A stretch of DNA of 61,245 bases, counting the filler. It is 8 parts of 8 records of this genome, joined end to end, with 100 filler letters (N's around TTAATTAATTAA, not from the genome) between each part and the next. Parts side by side here need not be neighbours in the genome. Positions count along the whole stretch, not along the records: positions 1 to 5,387 come from SRR31147125_18854; positions 5,488 to 12,856 come from SRR31147125_18868; 6 more parts are not named here. The stretch is one strand, 5' to 3'. Below the pieces are notes generated by a model. The model saw nothing but the letters and a program-made list of their open reading frames with translations, did not search any database and had not been told where the DNA came from. Positions 1 through 9,246 of the stretch are shown piece after piece. The stretch's first letter is position 1; every line of letters starts with the position of its first letter. The position numbers and the translations under genes are program-made.

Positions 1-183
1 ACTGTTTGCTTTATCCCAGTTTATCATGGCATGATATTTAACTATTATATTATCTCTTTTTAATTCTTCGATATACTTTACTACTTTACTTTCATCAACA
101 CCTAACATTAAAGCTATTTGATTTGTAGGTGTTAAGGCGTCTTCGTGCAAAATTTCCAGTATTTCTTCTTTTATTTTGTTCAT
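1..183 (-). CDS. Lrp/AsnC family transcriptional regulator (3' truncated)
   Basis: Manual translation MNKIKEEILEILHEDALTPTNQIALMLGVDESKVVKYIEELKRDNIIVKYHAMINWDK is an AsnC-type N-terminal HTH. Not in the ORF track. Confidence 0.85.
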   Translation of the reverse strand, partial: MNKIKEEILEILHEDALTPTNQIALMLGVDESKVVKYIEELKRDNIIVKYHAMINWDKANS

Positions 184-228
184 ATCATCAGCCTTTCATT
201 TTATTTTAATTTTCTTATTATAACTGAA

Positions 229-1527
229 TTAGCTCATCTGTTCAATAACTTCTTCTTCCTCTTCATCAATTTTTGGAGGAACAGGATATGAATGCTGTTC
301 AAGTAATGTGCGTGAAAGAACACCACCTGTATCATTAGCATATACCCTATATACTTTTACGTGATACATATTATTATGCTCTTCTATTACACTTTTTACG
401 TACGTGTATTCTAATGATTCAACAGAATATATTTTGCAGATAAGCCTATGGGAATTATTCGTATTATCATATTCCAAATCCATAATAACAGGATTGGTAA
501 AATTATTTGTGAGGATTAAATCCTTGTCAATATCAAGTACCGCTTCTTGACCATATGGATAATTTTCCATATCGCTTGTTATATAATCTGCTACATAATG
601 TTCATCAGCGGATATACCAACTTGGTGTGCACATCCTAAAATAATGGATGGAACATGAAGGCTTTTAAAACTGTACACATTAGGGTTATACTCATCATAC
701 TTAATGAATTCTTTTATACTTATGCTTTGACTTGGCATAATAAGTATTGGTTCAACTAAATCATTTATTTTTTGCAAATCACTAGAAGGATTGTAATACT
801 CCACACCAAATTCATCTGCTTTTGTGGGGAAAACTTGAGAATAGATATTAGGGGTATCTGCCATATTCATTAGTGATTCAGTTGTAATATCAGGATCTAT
901 TATTTCCATAACTGCATAAATATGAGATGTTTTGGCTACCAATGCTTCTTGCACTGCTGTAGCAGTTTCCCTAACATTTATTTTATATCCTGTTTCGCCA
1001 GAGGATACTATCAGTTTAAGTTGCCCATCAGCAAAACTGTAATCCATAAGTTGGGCATCTGAAGGTGCAGTATAAAAAAGGTGTTGATTTAATTCTATAA
1101 AATTATAAATATTCTGCCAGCTTAAAATGGTTTCGATATCAATATTTACTGGCTTGAATTTCATCTTTATCAAATCAAAATAGCTAATAGGTAAGCTGTC
1201 GCGGTTAGTATTATAAGCTTTTTCAACAAGAGTATCTACATCAATATTTGCAATATTCGATGCGTGAACAGTAAGTTCAATTTCTCCATTAATTACTATT
1301 GTATTATTGTCTAAAAGTAAATCAGATAAATCGTTTACAATAGATTCCTTTGCTTGTGATTTAGTCATTCCGCCGACATAATACCCATTAATGTAAACGC
1401 CGGGGAGTATTTTGTCGCTTGTAGTATGATAAGAAAATAGTACCATCTGTGAAAGCACGCAAATTACAATGACTAAAGTAATTAACGTACAGTAAAGAAT
1501 GATTTTTTTATTGTTGCTTAGTTTCAT
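229..1527 (-). CDS. VanW/YoaR-like membrane-anchored protein with peptidoglycan-binding domain
   Basis: N-terminal TM, ILPGVYINGYYVGGMTKSQA motif, and a degenerate VanW region (YPYGQEA...DLILTNN). The ORF is open to 1581. Confidence 0.65.
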   Translation of the reverse strand: MKLSNNKKIILYCTLITLVIVICVLSQMVLFSYHTTSDKILPGVYINGYYVGGMTKSQAKESIVNDLSDLLLDNNTIVINGEIELTVHASNIANIDVDTLVEKAYNTNRDSLPISYFDLIKMKFKPVNIDIETILSWQNIYNFIELNQHLFYTAPSDAQLMDYSFADGQLKLIVSSGETGYKINVRETATAVQEALVAKTSHIYAVMEIIDPDITTESLMNMADTPNIYSQVFPTKADEFGVEYYNPSSDLQKINDLVEPILIMPSQSISIKEFIKYDEYNPNVYSFKSLHVPSIILGCAHQVGISADEHYVADYITSDMENYPYGQEAVLDIDKDLILTNNFTNPVIMDLEYDNTNNSHRLICKIYSVESLEYTYVKSVIEEHNNMYHVKVYRVYANDTGGVLSRTLLEQHSYPVPPKIDEEEEEVIEQMS

Positions 1528-1663
1528 AAGGCTATTATATATTATATTATTATTTTTTGGAAGATAATTATATTTTTTCATATTTTATAATTTGCAAGAA
1601 GATGCGCAAGATGCTATAATCAAAACTGATTTTGTGTGTAAAGCAGGTGTAATTATTAACAAG

Positions 1664-2023
1664 TTGGCAAAAAAAACGGATATTATTTTAGGAGTTGCTG
1701 TTTTAATGCTGGCTCTTATTGTTTCATTTGTTTTTTGGCTCAGTCCTTTTGAAGGGCAATTGTATGCATGCGTATATATTGACGGTGAATTTATTGAAAG
1801 TGTACCCTTGCAAACTGAGCTCAATCAAATAGATATAAAAACCCAATATGGAACAAATATATTAATTATAATAGATAATAAGGTTTATGTTAAAGAATCT
1901 GACTGTGGGCTTGAACAATGCGTTAACAAAGGAGCGATTTCACGACCTATGCAGTCAATAGTGTGTGCACCTCATGGACTTGTTATAACTATAGAGGATG
2001 AAAGAAGCGCAAAGGATAAATAA
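1664..2023 (+). CDS. NusG domain II protein (DUF1312, EetA-like)
   Basis: TM followed by GTNILII...VKESDCGLEQCVNKGAISRPMQSIVCAPHGLVI. Start uncertain; the ORF is open from 1592. Confidence 0.85.
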   Translation: MAKKTDIILGVAVLMLALIVSFVFWLSPFEGQLYACVYIDGEFIESVPLQTELNQIDIKTQYGTNILIIIDNKVYVKESDCGLEQCVNKGAISRPMQSIVCAPHGLVITIEDERSAKDK

Positions 2024-2024
2024 A

Positions 2025-2549
2025 TTGGGAAAAGTAAGTTCAAAGAAGAATAAAAAAAGCAGACTATTATTACTAGGTTTGTTAGTTATAGTATTGTTCG
2101 CCTTAGAAACGCTTTTTTTAAGTAACATTACTAAAATAGAAGGTGTAAGGATAGGTCTTTATAATATATTTATAGTTTTTGCTATTATGAATATTAAACC
2201 TAAATACGGATATGTTTTAGCAGTAGTTAAAATTGTAGCAAGCCTTTTTATTGTATCGACTGTTTTATTATATCCATTATGCGGTGGACTGTTAAGTGTA
2301 ACTGCAATGGTTATTGCCAAAAAATTATTTAATGAAAAAATCAGTTATTTAGGAATTGGAATTATTGGAGCAATTACTTATAATGTAATTATATATTTAA
2401 TTGCTGCTGCTTCCCTTTCAAGTTTAGCTGTTTTTTATAATATTCCTATGGTATTATTTTTAAGCGTAATATACGGAGCAATAACAGGCGGGTTGGCGTA
2501 TTTACTAGAGAGAAGCAACGTATTTCGCTTAAGGAGTGATGTTGAATAA
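2025..2549 (+). CDS. Gx transporter / heptaprenyl diphosphate synthase component I family membrane protein
   Basis: Multi-TM with GVRIGLYN and GGLLS motifs; canonical partner of NusG-II. The ORF is open from 1998. Confidence 0.8.
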   Translation: MGKVSSKKNKKSRLLLLGLLVIVLFALETLFLSNITKIEGVRIGLYNIFIVFAIMNIKPKYGYVLAVVKIVASLFIVSTVLLYPLCGGLLSVTAMVIAKKLFNEKISYLGIGIIGAITYNVIIYLIAAASLSSLAVFYNIPMVLFLSVIYGAITGGLAYLLERSNVFRLRSDVE

Positions 2550-2656
2550 TTCATTTATGCAACATTCAAAGCAGTAGATATAGTATGATTTCAGCATACT
2601 ATTGACTATATTTATTAGGGAAATGTTGAATAATCCATTTATTCAACTGTCCCTTA
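2538..2656. repeat. Pair of palindromic REP/MITE-like elements flanking a third hairpin
   Basis: GATGTTGAATAA-TTCAT-TTATGCAACATTC (2538-2567) and GGGAAATGTTGAATAA-TCCAT-TTATTCAACTGTCCC (2618-2653), with an ATAGTATG/CATACTAT hairpin between them. Confidence 0.6.
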
Positions 2657-2672
2657 AGACATGGAGAAAAGA

Positions 2673-3602
2673 ATGAAAAAAAGTAAAAAAATAATTATTG
2701 TAATATTATCTATTTTAATAGTATTAACTTCACTTGTTGCATATGCAAGTAGTGCTTTAAGACTTGGGGTATTAAACCCTGGTTTTTATACTAATTTTAT
2801 GCCTGCAATTAATGCATATGACAGTATGTATGATAGTTTCACGGAATATCTATTAGAGCCTATTCAAAGCATGGAAGTTCCAGAAGAAATACAAGGGGTT
2901 CCAGAGGATTTGATTAAGATCGCTATACCTAAAGAGGACTTCAATAATAAAATTGGTAAGACTATAGGTGGTGCTATTGGCTGGTTATTATATAATCATG
3001 ATGAAGTTGAAATTCCTGTTAAATATTTCGCGGACAATTTGTATACAGCCATAGCAAATGATGAAAGAGTAATAAACAGCGAAACAAATATTAAAGCTAC
3101 TATGGATGCAATTGTTGCTCAAAGACTTGAAATATTTGCAGCTGGTGAAGAATATGAACAAACACTTAGAGGATATATATATTATTTCTTATCTTCAGGC
3201 TCACAAGAACGTATGGACTATTTTGATTATTGGACTGATATATGGTTTAATTACTATGGTATTAGGTTAAGTGTAATTACCTATATATCGTTAGGCCTAT
3301 TGGTACTACTAATGGTTTTGTTAATATTAGTGGCTAAAGAAAAGAGGGAAACGCCTATAAAGCTTGCAAAAGTTTTATGTATTTTATATGGAACGCTGAA
3401 TGTATTGGCTGCACTGGTATTATTCTTAATTCCTTGGATAGTAAAACTATTTGATAGTTTGTCTTCATATGCAGAATATATTGATTATGCAAAGACAATA
3501 ACTAACTCATTTGGAGCTTTAGCTTTGGTATATGCATTGCTGTTGTTTGCATCAGCAATAATATTAGGAATCGTACAAAGAAAAGTGATTGCAAAGGATT
3601 AA
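2673..3602 (+). CDS. Hypothetical membrane protein (1+3 TM with large extracellular loop)
   Basis: Long ORF with hydrophobic segments and a GGAG RBS before ATG 2673. Confidence 0.7.
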   Translation: MKKSKKIIIVILSILIVLTSLVAYASSALRLGVLNPGFYTNFMPAINAYDSMYDSFTEYLLEPIQSMEVPEEIQGVPEDLIKIAIPKEDFNNKIGKTIGGAIGWLLYNHDEVEIPVKYFADNLYTAIANDERVINSETNIKATMDAIVAQRLEIFAAGEEYEQTLRGYIYYFLSSGSQERMDYFDYWTDIWFNYYGIRLSVITYISLGLLVLLMVLLILVAKEKRETPIKLAKVLCILYGTLNVLAALVLFLIPWIVKLFDSLSSYAEYIDYAKTITNSFGALALVYALLLFASAIILGIVQRKVIAKD

Positions 3603-3685
3603 ATAATTACAATGGTAGGCATTACTAAATATTTCAATAATTAAAAGCTGCACAAATTGTTTAATAAGTAGAGCAGGAATATATA

Positions 3686-4120
3686 ATGAATGATTTATTA
3701 GATATAAATATTGCAAAGAAATATCGCGATATTGACAAAAACACAATTGCTATTATAAAAGATGGAAATACAATTTATAAAAGCAAAGAAAAAGGAATAT
3801 TACCATTATATAAAGCATATAGCAAAGGAATAGACCTTAGTGGTGCTAGTATAGCAGACAAAGTAGTAGGCAAGGGTGCAGCTATGATAATTGCTGATCT
3901 TAATGTTAAGCGAGTTGATACAATTATTATTAGTAAATCAGCATATGAATATTTACAAAGAAAAGAGATCATGGTATCATATACTAAGTTGACTGACTAC
4001 ATAGCTAATAGAGAAAAAGATGGTAAATGCCCGGTCGAAACTATGGCAGAAACCTCAACTGATTTTGACGCATTTATAAATAAAGTTAAACAATTCTTGA
4101 AAAGATTGGAGCTGATATAA
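3686..4120 (+). CDS. DUF1893 (TM1506-like) protein
   Basis: GILPL, ADKVVGKGAA and NREKDGKCPVE motifs. Confidence 0.9.
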   Translation: MNDLLDINIAKKYRDIDKNTIAIIKDGNTIYKSKEKGILPLYKAYSKGIDLSGASIADKVVGKGAAMIIADLNVKRVDTIIISKSAYEYLQRKEIMVSYTKLTDYIANREKDGKCPVETMAETSTDFDAFINKVKQFLKRLELI

Positions 4121-4121
4121 T

Positions 4122-4523
4122 ATGTGTATGAAAATAGCTGTGATAGATGCAAAAGGCGGAGGTCTAGGAAAAGCTATATGTGAAAAAATAGCAAGTGTAA
4201 TTGATAAAGACGCAAAATTGTACGCACTTGGGACAAATGCTAATGCCACAATGGCAATGATGAAGGGAGGAGCTACAGACGGAGCAACTGGTGAAAACGC
4301 TATCTGCCATATGTCACAGAAGGTAGATATAATTGTTGGATCTATTGCTATTTTGGTAGCTGACTCTATGATGGGGGAAATAAGCCCTGAAATTGCTGTT
4401 TCAATAGCAGCAAGTAAGGCGGAGAAATTGTTATTACCCCTTCAAAAATGTAGCTTAAATGTAGTCGGTATTAAAGATATGAGCATCAATCAGATGCTAA
4501 CAGAACTAGAAAAATTATTATAG
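4122..4523 (+). CDS. DUF3842 family protein
   Basis: IAVIDAKGGGLG, GTNANATMAMMKGGA, GATGENA and MMGEISP motifs. Confidence 0.9.
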   Translation: MCMKIAVIDAKGGGLGKAICEKIASVIDKDAKLYALGTNANATMAMMKGGATDGATGENAICHMSQKVDIIVGSIAILVADSMMGEISPEIAVSIAASKAEKLLLPLQKCSLNVVGIKDMSINQMLTELEKLL

Positions 4524-4563
4524 AGCGAAAATAAAACATAGATATATTTATGAAAGATATATT

Positions 4564-4611
4564 AAACCACGAAGGTAATCACTAAGATTTATCCTACGTG
4601 GTTTTTATTTT
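4564..4611 (+). terminator. Terminator-like hairpin in the leader of the ECF S-component gene (possible attenuator)
   Basis: AAACCACGAAGG...CCTACGTGGTTT followed by TTATTTT, directly before the RBS. Confidence 0.6.
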
Positions 4612-4629
4612 GCTAAGGAAAGGTTTGTT

Positions 4630-5174
4630 ATGAAGGATTCAACTAAAAATTCAATCAGATTTATTACACTATCAGGACTATTTATTGCACTAGGAATTGT
4701 ATTGCCTATTGCATTCCATGCAGTTCCTAACGCTGGGAAAATATTTTTGCCAATGTTTATACCAGTACTATTAGGAGCTTTGTTCTTGCCTTGGCAGTAT
4801 GCCTTACCTGTGGGAATTATAACACCGTTATTGTCAAGCTTATTAACTGGAATGCCTCCTATTTCACCGTTGCCTATGAACATTATGATGGCAGCCGAAC
4901 TTGGTGTGGCTGCCTTAGTTTTATCATTGTTAAAGAACATCAAATGGTTTGATAAGAAGAAATATTTGATAGATATCGCATTAATACCTGCGCTGATAAT
5001 AGGAAAAATAGCTAGCGCAATTGTTTTAGCAATAGCAATCCGATTTTTTGCAGTAAATGACCGAGTATGTGGGTTTACATATCTGGTGCATTTGTTACTG
5101 GAATTCCTGGAATAGCAATACAATTGGTTCTGCTGCCATTGATATATTCTTTGGTTAAAAAAAGACAAGGCTAA
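4630..5174 (+). CDS. ECF transporter S component (frameshifted near 5060, probably a sequencing error)
   Basis: GKIFLPMFIPVLLG and GMPP motifs. The conserved C-terminus MWVYISGAFVTGIPGIAIQLVLLP continues in another frame to TAA 5174. Confidence 0.85.
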
Positions 5175-5387
5175 TTGATAGAATAAATAATTACCTATAT
5201 ATCATATTTATTAATAGGAGCTGCTGAAAAATTAGTTTTACCACGTCCTTTACAGTATGAAATACAAACGTATTTACAAGAACAATTAATAGTTGTATGG
5301 CTGTAGTATTACAAAACAAACTAATAGCACCTAATATGATATTAAAAATAGAGGTAAATTTATGAACAGCAATCTTTACAAAGGCTC

Positions 5388-5487
5388 NNNNNNNNNNNNN
5401 NNNNNNNNNNNNNNNNNNNNNNNNNNNNNNNTTAATTAATTAANNNNNNNNNNNNNNNNNNNNNNNNNNNNNNNNNNNNNNNNNNNN
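5388..5487. other. Artificial contig spacer
   Basis: N44-TTAATTAATTAA-N44. Confidence 0.99.
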
Positions 5488-5541
5488 TTTTTTAATATTT
5501 ACATATTTACTTAGTACAAAGTATTTGATAGAATAAATATT

Positions 5542-6954
5542 ATGAAAAAATTTATGTTAATGATTTTAGCTTCTTTTATACTATTAAGCAGCTGTTCAGA
5601 TAATTCAAAAGATGATATCTACGCTTCTGAAGAAAATCTTGGTACGGAAACTCTAGAAATTACTGAATCACCAGAGCCAACTTTGGAATCCACTATTGAG
5701 ACAACAGCAGAACCTGTGGTTTTTGATATGGATTCAATATCTTCAAGGTCACTGAATGCGCTGTTAAAAGATAAGGATATTCCTGATGAAACTACCCAGC
5801 TGGTTTTTGTTGCAGTTGGACAAAGATATGATAAAATGTATCTGATGGAAAGACATGATAGTGGTATGTGGCAGGTAGTTAATGGACCATTTGATGTACA
5901 GCTAGGTAAGAACGGTTTGGGTAAGGAAAAAGAAGGTGACGGCAAAAGCCCAGAAGGCATTTATGAGCTTGGGTATGCCTTTGGCAGAGGAACTGCACCA
6001 GAGGGAACTGTCTGGCCATGGCGAAGTACAATGCTAGGTGATTTGTGGATAGAGGATAGTAATTCTAAATACTACAATATGTTTGTACAGAAAGATTCCA
6101 TTGAAGATGCTGACTGGAAAAATTACAGTAACTTAAATATAGCTGCTTTCGATAGAGCTATAGAAATAAGATATAATTCTGAATGTGAGCCTGGTGCAGG
6201 TAGTGCAATATTTCTGCACATATGGGCTAGTTCAAAAAAAGATACAAATGGGTGTACAGCCATAAGCAGAGAAAATATTGAAACATTGATTTCATGGCTT
6301 GACCCAAACTCAAAAGCTATGATAGCCCAACTGCCTGCTGAAATTATCGGCTATGGCGAGCTAGTATATCTAAGCGATTTTTCATGTGAAATAATAGCTG
6401 ATATTAAATTTGCAGAGGAAGATAATATTTTAGGAGTAAAATTAGACGGCTATAATGATAATCAAATAATTACTAAGGTGGATGTTGCTAATGCATTAGT
6501 TGAAGCAAACAATATGCTCAAAACTTATGGAGCAAAACTAGTAGTTCACGATGCATACAGACCTGTAGATGCATTTTACCAAATAGAAGATTGGCTAAAA
6601 GATACTGAAGATGTTTTAACAAAGGAAACTTATTATAAAGATAAAAGTAAAGAAGAATTAAAAGAGGAGTATTTTTCCTATAATTCAAATAGACTATATA
6701 CTCGTGCTCAAGTTGTACATGTCTCATTAGCTGATTTGAGCGGAGATCCACTAGATATGGGCAGTGGCTATATGGTTTTTGATGAATTCGCTTCGTATAA
6801 TTGTGATGGATTATCTCAAAAACAAATATACAACAGAGAGTTACTTCATGATATAATGATACAAACTGGCTTTACATCCATAGATAACCAGTGGTGGAAA
6901 TTTGAATATAACCCATATCTTTATGATACAAAATATGATGAGATAATTGAGTAA
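5542..6954 (+). CDS. Lipoprotein: L,D-transpeptidase (YkuD-like) fused to a degenerate VanX/M15D D-Ala-D-Ala dipeptidase domain
   Basis: Lipobox LSSC; KEKEGDGKSPEG and IFLHIW...TNGC; C-terminal HDAYRP, LDMGSGY and NRELL..IM...GF. Confidence 0.85.
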   Translation: MKKFMLMILASFILLSSCSDNSKDDIYASEENLGTETLEITESPEPTLESTIETTAEPVVFDMDSISSRSLNALLKDKDIPDETTQLVFVAVGQRYDKMYLMERHDSGMWQVVNGPFDVQLGKNGLGKEKEGDGKSPEGIYELGYAFGRGTAPEGTVWPWRSTMLGDLWIEDSNSKYYNMFVQKDSIEDADWKNYSNLNIAAFDRAIEIRYNSECEPGAGSAIFLHIWASSKKDTNGCTAISRENIETLISWLDPNSKAMIAQLPAEIIGYGELVYLSDFSCEIIADIKFAEEDNILGVKLDGYNDNQIITKVDVANALVEANNMLKTYGAKLVVHDAYRPVDAFYQIEDWLKDTEDVLTKETYYKDKSKEELKEEYFSYNSNRLYTRAQVVHVSLADLSGDPLDMGSGYMVFDEFASYNCDGLSQKQIYNRELLHDIMIQTGFTSIDNQWWKFEYNPYLYDTKYDEIIE

Positions 6955-7061
6955 CTGGTTTTTTATTCATCATATATCTATAATTTGTTTAATGTGGTTT
7001 ATAAAGGTGTATTATATACGATGAGTGTATTAAAATAAAATTCGCATGGAGAGAGGGATTT

Positions 7062-9023
7062 ATGAAAAAAGGAAAAAAATATTTAGTAGCCATAACATTT
7101 ATGTTAACGTTGCTAGCAGCATATGGTGTTAGTGCTGTTGCATACGCCGCTAGCAATATATCTTCTGGTACCAAGTTTAATATAATGGATATTATCAATG
7201 ATATGAGTTGGAATGATACAGTTCCGCTACGAATCGTTGTTCCTTTAATTATAGCAATAACTATTATATTTATTTTACTTGTTGCTTTCAACGGCAAACT
7301 ACATAAAAAAGTTAAGCGCGGCGGTGGCGCTTATTCTATACAAATAGTACAATCAATAGCAGATCCAATTATCGTAATAAACAAAGGCGGTAACATTACT
7401 TTTGTCAACCCAGCTGTGCTTAGCCTGTTTAATGTGAAAGAACAAGAAGTATTAGGTAAAAAAATTCAGGGTGTAGTATGCTTCAAATCGTCAGTAGCCA
7501 AATATCTAGAAACAAATACACCTGAATTAACATCAAATAGTTTATCATCATGCTTAGAGTATGAAGTTTCTAGAGCACAAAAGGGAATCATTGTAAAAAA
7601 TATACCTGTGAATGTAACAAGAGAATCAGACGAGTCTTTTACTCTTGATATAAATATCAGTCCAATAGATAAATCTGATAAGGAAAAAGGACTGCTTATT
7701 TTCCTTCGGGATGTTACAGAGGAATCAAAAAATAAAATTCGTCTGCAATATTTAGCTAGTCATGATAACTTAACAACTCTATTAAATAGAGATGGTCTTT
7801 TAGACGGAATGAAATCCCTGGATATTTCTATTAACCAATACGGAGTATTAACCCTTACTATAGAAAATATTAAGGAAACAAAGGATGTATACGGACAAAC
7901 CGCTTCTGAGGACTGTATAAAAATATTTGCTACAATCCTAAAAGAGTATTCACCAAACAATGCCTTAGTTGCAAAAACTGGTGATGGTGACTTTATTGTT
8001 GTTATGCCCTATACTGTAGAAACTCAAATAGAAAACGCGGCAAGAAAATTCATTAAACAATCAGCTTTGATAAGAGGAGGTATTTACAATCTTGCAATAA
8101 GTGCTGGTATTTCATATGCACCTAAAAACTCTGCAAGCATTGATGAAATAATAATGTACTCTGAAATTGCTAATACTAATGCATCTAAGCTAGGTAAAAA
8201 TGAACTATGTATTTTCGATCAAAAGATGGTAGATGACATAGTTGAAGAGCACAGATGGGAAAACGAAATTGAAAAGGCTTTCTATGATAATGAATTTATA
8301 ATGTATTATCAGCCAATAGTAGACTTTAAGAAAGAAAAAATAGCTAAGCTTGAAGCGCTGGCAAGATGGAATCACCCTGAGAAAGGCATTTTGTCTCCTT
8401 GGTATTTTATCAATCGTATAGAACACATGTCAATTGTTCATGAGTTTGCTTACATGGTAATTGAAGCTGTGTTTAAAGATTATAATGATTTTGTGAAAAC
8501 AAGATATTGTACCAGCAATCCAGTCAGTATTTCAGTTAACGTTTCACCACAGCAATTGTTCGACGATGAATTCACCACTGTTTTAGCACAGTTGATGAAA
8601 AGATATAATATTCCAAAAGGAGTAATAAATATTGAAGTTACTGAATCGTTCTTTGAAGGTGACTTTACAAGATCATTAAAAGTTGTACAGGAGATTAAGG
8701 ATGCAGGATGCTTAATATCCATGGACGACTTCGGCACAGAATATTCAACATTATCAAAACTGCATACAATTACCTTTGATGAAATCAAACTTGATAAATC
8801 ATTCGTTGATAATATTATGACAAGTGCAATCAGTTTGTCCATTACAAAAATGCTTGTTGAAATATCTGAAAAGAATGGATATGAATTAGTTGCAGAAGGT
8901 GTTGAAACGGAAGATCAGCTGCGCCTATTAACCAGCTATGGCTGTAATCTTTTCCAAGGATACTATTTCTACAAGCCAATAAGTAAAAACGATATAATGT
9001 ATATATTTAATTCAACAATTTAA
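7062..9023 (+). CDS. PAS-GGDEF(degenerate)-EAL c-di-GMP phosphodiesterase
   Basis: HDNLTTLLNR, GDGDF in place of GGDEF, and intact EALARW, DDFGTEYS and AEGVET. Confidence 0.9.
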   Translation: MKKGKKYLVAITFMLTLLAAYGVSAVAYAASNISSGTKFNIMDIINDMSWNDTVPLRIVVPLIIAITIIFILLVAFNGKLHKKVKRGGGAYSIQIVQSIADPIIVINKGGNITFVNPAVLSLFNVKEQEVLGKKIQGVVCFKSSVAKYLETNTPELTSNSLSSCLEYEVSRAQKGIIVKNIPVNVTRESDESFTLDINISPIDKSDKEKGLLIFLRDVTEESKNKIRLQYLASHDNLTTLLNRDGLLDGMKSLDISINQYGVLTLTIENIKETKDVYGQTASEDCIKIFATILKEYSPNNALVAKTGDGDFIVVMPYTVETQIENAARKFIKQSALIRGGIYNLAISAGISYAPKNSASIDEIIMYSEIANTNASKLGKNELCIFDQKMVDDIVEEHRWENEIEKAFYDNEFIMYYQPIVDFKKEKIAKLEALARWNHPEKGILSPWYFINRIEHMSIVHEFAYMVIEAVFKDYNDFVKTRYCTSNPVSISVNVSPQQLFDDEFTTVLAQLMKRYNIPKGVINIEVTESFFEGDFTRSLKVVQEIKDAGCLISMDDFGTEYSTLSKLHTITFDEIKLDKSFVDNIMTSAISLSITKMLVEISEKNGYELVAEGVETEDQLRLLTSYGCNLFQGYYFYKPISKNDIMYIFNSTI

Positions 9024-9045
9024 ACATTTATTTTTAAGATAATGT

Positions 9046-9088
9046 AAACACTAACTACTGGATATTTAACAGTATTTAGTGTTTTTTT
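9046..9088 (+). terminator. Rho-independent terminator
   Basis: AAACACTAA...TTAGTGTTT followed by a T-run. Confidence 0.7.
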
Positions 9089-9147
9089 ATTATAAATATA
9101 ATATAGTATTTACAAATTTAAAAAAAGCCATTCATATATCCTCCGTA

Positions 9148-9186
9148 TTTAACATGAATTTAACATAGCATGTATACATATATAAC
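9148..9186 (+). promoter_or_regulatory. Pho box (PhoP-type direct repeats) upstream of pstS
   Basis: TTTAACA at 9148 and 9159 (11-bp spacing), with weaker repeats downstream. Confidence 0.75.
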
Positions 9187-9246
9187 TTTTCGATAGTATC
9201 ATGACACGGTAATAAAAAATAAGAAATAATTTTTCTTGGAGGTAAC

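Noticed and set aside
4605-5168. 187-aa ORF antisense to the ECF S-component
   Set aside because: Shadow ORF with no RBS or motifs.
5214-5335. Possible MITE or riboswitch with weak terminal inverted repeats
   Set aside because: The match is too degenerate and no recognisable aptamer is present.
229-6954. Vancomycin-resistance cluster (VanW plus VanX)
   Set aside because: The two genes are on different contigs, both are degenerate, and no vanHA or vanRS is present.
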